Part shown: piece by piece, positions 28,917 to 32,000 of the stretch
Position numbering within the stretch: the first letter of the stretch is position 1
Layout: each line of letters begins with the position of its first letter
Source: Synechocystis sp. PCC 6803 substr. PCC-P
GTDB lineage: Bacteria > Cyanobacteriota > Cyanobacteriia > Cyanobacteriales > Microcystaceae
Direction: 5' to 3'
NCBI RefSeq assembly: GCF_000284455.1
Contig: NC_017039.1
Location: 3,210,001 to 3,242,000, forward strand
DNA: 32,000 nucleotides
Program-made: the position numbers and the translations under genes
The notes under the pieces: model-generated
The model's database searches: none
What the model was told of the DNA's origin: nothing
What the model saw: only the letters and a program-made list of their open reading frames with translations

Positions 28917-30542
28917 CTATGGGGATAAATCCACCGATTCGCCATTGCCATGGTGCTGTTTTTGCTGTTGGAGTACCAATTGTTGTTTGACAGCAATTAA
29001 TTCTTGGTCCCGTTGCTGGAGCATTTCCGCCATTTGTTGAATAGTTCTCGCTAAGGCCCCCAGTTCATCGGCCCGATTGGTCACTTCCTCCAAACCCAAC
29101 TGGTCGGCTTTAAAACTGTTATTTTCAATGGCGGCGGCGATCGCCGCTGTGACGTAATAAATTTGGGCTAGATCCTCCACGCTACGGTGGTGCCGGGCTT
29201 CAAAGGCATCCATCACTTGGTTGTAGCGACCGGCAATGTGCCCCACTTCGGTAAAAGGGTTAACGGGCACCCGCAAACTTAAATCATGGGTTTTGGCTTG
29301 GCGGTCCATTACCTGAAAAAGTTCATAAGTTTCTGTGGTGGCTTGATGTTCCGACACATTAAGCCCAATTTCCTCATCTTCGGGGGAAATCCGCAAGGCA
29401 AACACCCGATTTAGCAACGTTAAAAATACCCAAGCCAACCCAAAGGCCCACAGCGTACAAACTCCAATACCCAGCAGTTGTACCCCGCATTGTTGCCAAC
29501 GATTTAGCCCCGTATCCACCAACGGCAATTGACCGAATAATCCCACACAGAGAGTGCCCCAGACTCCTGCCCCACCATGGACTGCCACCGCATCCACCGC
29601 ATCATCTACCCCCCAGTGCAACATTTTTTTTCCCACCAGATAGGCGATCGCCGACCCCGTAGCTCCAATCACCATGGCGATCGGTGTCATAACCACATTG
29701 GCGCTGGCAGTAATGGCCACCAAACCGGCCAGGGAACCATTCATCAGGGGTTCCACTTGGATCATTTTGTCCTGTAGGAGGCTAATCAACCCCGCCATCA
29801 ACATGCCCCCCACCCCGGCTAGGACAGTGTTGACCATAATGCCCGGCACCTCCGGTGTCAAGCCAAAGGTACTGCCACCATTGAAGCCCAACCAACCAAA
29901 CCAGAGAATCAAAGTGCCTAGAACGGAAAAGGGCATATTGGAACCCTGAATTTTTAAGGTTTTACCGGTTTTGGGAAAACGACCTTGGCGGGGGCCAACA
30001 ACGAGAATAGTGGCTAAACCGATCCAAGCCCCGACGCTATGCACCACCGTTGACCCGGCAAAATCCCGAAAGCCCAAATTTTCTAACCAGCCCCCTGTAG
30101 TTTCTATGCCTGCCACTGTTGCTAAGCCATTCCAAGCCCAATCTCCAAAGAGGGGATAAATGAGCCCAGAAGCTAGCCCCGCCACCAATAAGTAGGCAGA
30201 AAACTTTAACCGTTCCGCCGCCGCTCCGGAAATAATTGTAGTAGCGGTGCCGCAGAACATAGCCTGAAACAGGAAAAACACCGCTAGGGTGGGTTCTCCC
30301 CCTACGTCAACAAAGCTATAACCTGTGCCCCACCAGCCTCCCTGGGACAGTCCAAACATAATGCTGAAGCCAAAGGACCAAAAAAGAGCCACAGAAATGC
30401 CAAAGTCAGCAAAATTTTTAATGGCAACGTTAATGCTGTTTTTAGAACGGGTTAGCCCCGACTCCAAACACATAAAACCGGCTTGCATAAAAAATACTAA
30501 GCCAGCACAGAGCAACAGCCAGAGTGTATCGATGGAGGTCAT
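28917..30542 (-). CDS. amt: ammonium transporter (Amt family) with C-terminal HAMP/coiled-coil-like extension
   Basis: FFMQAGFMCLESGLTRSKNSINVAIKN, FGDWAWN, DFAGSTVVHSVGAWIGLA, DDAVDAVAVHGGAGVWGTL. About 130-aa hydrophilic tail. Start trimmed to ATG at 30542. Confidence 0.95.
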   Translation of the reverse strand: MTSIDTLWLLLCAGLVFFMQAGFMCLESGLTRSKNSINVAIKNFADFGISVALFWSFGFSIMFGLSQGGWWGTGYSFVDVGGEPTLAVFFLFQAMFCGTATTIISGAAAERLKFSAYLLVAGLASGLIYPLFGDWAWNGLATVAGIETTGGWLENLGFRDFAGSTVVHSVGAWIGLATILVVGPRQGRFPKTGKTLKIQGSNMPFSVLGTLILWFGWLGFNGGSTFGLTPEVPGIMVNTVLAGVGGMLMAGLISLLQDKMIQVEPLMNGSLAGLVAITASANVVMTPIAMVIGATGSAIAYLVGKKMLHWGVDDAVDAVAVHGGAGVWGTLCVGLFGQLPLVDTGLNRWQQCGVQLLGIGVCTLWAFGLAWVFLTLLNRVFALRISPEDEEIGLNVSEHQATTETYELFQVMDRQAKTHDLSLRVPVNPFTEVGHIAGRYNQVMDAFEARHHRSVEDLAQIYYVTAAIAAAIENNSFKADQLGLEEVTNRADELGALARTIQQMAEMLQQRDQELIAVKQQLVLQQQKQHHGNGESVDLSP

Positions 30543-31609
30543 GGGGTTAGGGCGGCCTCTTGCCAACGGGCTTTGAGTTGTTTGCGCTTGAACTGGTACT
30601 GTTCAGCAAAGCGGGGAATTTCCGAGCGGTGACCAATGACAATGATGGTGTCGTTCTCGTTCAAGATTTGCGAAGGGTGGGGATGGAGAATAGTACTGCC
30701 ATCCGCTCGGCGTAGGGCAATGACAATAAAGGCTCCCTTACTGCGAACTTCCATTTCCATAATGGTGCGACCCATGGCGGGGGAATCCGGTGCCACAATT
30801 AGTTCATCCATTTGTACTTCCACGCTGGCCAACAGGTCATTTAAAAAACCCCGTTCATCGGGGCGATTGAGAAAATCCCGCCGGTTCGATTGGGTGATTA
30901 AATCCGCCATCTGAACTGCCCCCACCGTCAGGGGTAAAATCACCTGATCCGCTCCTGCAAGCCTGAGTTTTCTCTCTGTTTCGGGAATTTCTCCCCGGGC
31001 CAAAATGGTCAAGCGGGAGTTGAGTTCCCTCGCAGTCAGGGTAATAAAGACATTGGTGGCATCCTCCGGCAAAACCGTGGCCAAGGTCTTTGCCCTCATT
31101 ACCCCCAACATTTGCAATTGTTCTTCCCTGGTGGCATCCCCGCAATGGGCCAGATAACCTAATTCTTCGGCGATCGCCACTTGGCTGGGTTGATTATCAA
31201 TGATGCTAAAGGGCAAGCCAGACTGTTTTAATTGCTTGGCCAAAACCTGACCCATGCGGCCAAAACCGCAAATAATTGTGTGGTCCGTTAAATTAGCAAT
31301 TTGCCGTTGCCGTTGCTGATTACCCAAAGCCCGATGGATTTCTCCCTCCGTCACCATTTGCACAAATGCTCCGACAATATAAACCGCTGAGGTGGTGCCC
31401 GCTAGAATTACCCCCATAGTAAAAACTCTTTCCGCCGTGGTGGTAAGAGGCCGCACTTCCCCATAGCCCACCCCAAAAACGGTAATGACTACCATGTACA
31501 CCGCTTCCGTCGTTGTCCAACCAAAGCAGATATAGCCCAAAGTGGCCAACACCAAGGTAACAACGAAAAACAGTACCCCCAGCTTGAGCCGTTGATTGGA
31601 ATCCTGCAT
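30539..31609 (-). CDS. two-TM potassium channel with cytosolic RCK_N/RCK_C domains
   Basis: Pore region VYMVVITVFGVGYGEVRPLTTTAERVFT, Rossmann RCK_N HTIICGFGRMGQVLAKQL, RCK_C GRTIMEMEVRSKGAFIVIAL. Start placed at MQDSNQRLKLGVLFF (31609). Confidence 0.9.
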   Translation of the reverse strand: MQDSNQRLKLGVLFFVVTLVLATLGYICFGWTTTEAVYMVVITVFGVGYGEVRPLTTTAERVFTMGVILAGTTSAVYIVGAFVQMVTEGEIHRALGNQQRQRQIANLTDHTIICGFGRMGQVLAKQLKQSGLPFSIIDNQPSQVAIAEELGYLAHCGDATREEQLQMLGVMRAKTLATVLPEDATNVFITLTARELNSRLTILARGEIPETERKLRLAGADQVILPLTVGAVQMADLITQSNRRDFLNRPDERGFLNDLLASVEVQMDELIVAPDSPAMGRTIMEMEVRSKGAFIVIALRRADGSTILHPHPSQILNENDTIIVIGHRSEIPRFAEQYQFKRKQLKARWQEAALTP

Positions 31610-32000
31610 AGTTAAACGGACTAAACGGCGATCGGCAAAGCCCAAGAATGGAAAAACACCGTCCGTATAGGCAGTTTATCAACCCTAATTTAGAAAATTG
31701 TGGCGAAGGACACTAAATTCCCAATTCGCCAACTCCAGACAAAATTATGAAAAAATGCAAATCTCGGCGGCAATTTAGCCCTACTTTCAATTACTAACTA
31801 TCTTCACATTAAACTCACGAACTCAGCCTGTATTCATTTGATATGGCAGTTTTGGGTTATGGCAATTCCAACCAGTCTTTGATTACTGAAAAACAATGGG
31901 GTGAACCTAAGCAGATTCCGGTTTAGGTAAGGAAGAAGGATGGAGCAATAATTCTGCTGTGGAGCGTTTTTCCACCATTTCCCTAGTGATCAAGCAGTGG

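Larger units (their letters stand above)
460..31177. repeat. dispersed HIP1 octamer GCGATCGC (at least 27 copies)
   Basis: Read directly, starting at for example 460, 3323, 3513, 4108, 4468, 5729, 6211, 7481, 8468, 10916, 15052, 15661, 16238, 17275, 20415, 20804, 21044, 21711, 24235, 24440, 26480, 26992, 28315, 28868, 29138, 29644, 31170. Confidence 0.95.

Noticed and set aside
31320-31682. Plus-strand 120-aa ORF, glycine/phenylalanine rich (HYRFWGGLWGSAASYHHGGKSFYYGGNSSGHHL)
   Set aside because: The frame is antisense to the channel's transmembrane region; composition bias is explained by that.
1-32000. CRISPR array, cas genes, prophage, transposon/IS or toxin-antitoxin system
   Set aside because: No regularly spaced repeats, no transposase/integrase/terminase motifs and no recognisable TA pair were seen. 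The CHAT protein alone does not justify a defense-system claim.
31683-32000. Possible start of another gene at the right edge
   Set aside because: All frames I read are interrupted quickly (e.g. ATG at ~31843 reaches TAG within 28 codons); treated as intergenic upstream of the channel gene.

Overview
The window looks like an ordinary cyanobacterial core-chromosome segment. Gene content and the very frequent HIP1 octamer GCGATCGC match a Synechocystis PCC 6803-type genome (inferred from memory, no search run). Supported genes in order: 3' end of a class I glutamine amidotransferase, clpP, trpB, a 12-TPR-like/CHAT protein (minus), a LolD/MacB-type ABC ATPase, a TM2-domain protein, a DUF3598-like protein, an aldo/keto reductase, an LptF/G permease, asnS, tandem tRNA-Tyr(GTA) and tRNA-Thr(GGT), an AT-rich secreted protein of unknown function, a ktrA/trkA-type K+ uptake subunit, argF, purE, ssb, a small CxxC protein, a ubiA-type prenyltransferase, a monocistronic psbD, an orphan ParA ATPase with a DUF815-like AAA+ partner, a half-size Gdt1/UPF0016 transporter, hisG, glmU, a small DUF4327-like protein, rsgA-tusA-dnaJ, ruvC, a cysQ/IMPase-like gene, trpC, and an RCK-type K+ channel gene overlapping an amt gene with a HAMP/coiled-coil tail. 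I found no CRISPR array, prophage, IS element or clear defense island. The best leads are: (1) an apparent frame disruption at an A9/T9 tract that separates a signal peptide from the secreted-looking PPC/TPR/CHAT protein; (2) the overlapping K+ channel/ammonium transporter pair, with an atypical selectivity filter and a HAMP-like tail; (3) the lone half-size Gdt1 gene; (4) the ParA + AAA+ pair; (5) the AT-rich, HIP1-free island near 12.2-13.4 kb; (6) a perfect dyad and an unlisted 43-aa membrane micro-ORF upstream of the cysQ-like gene.
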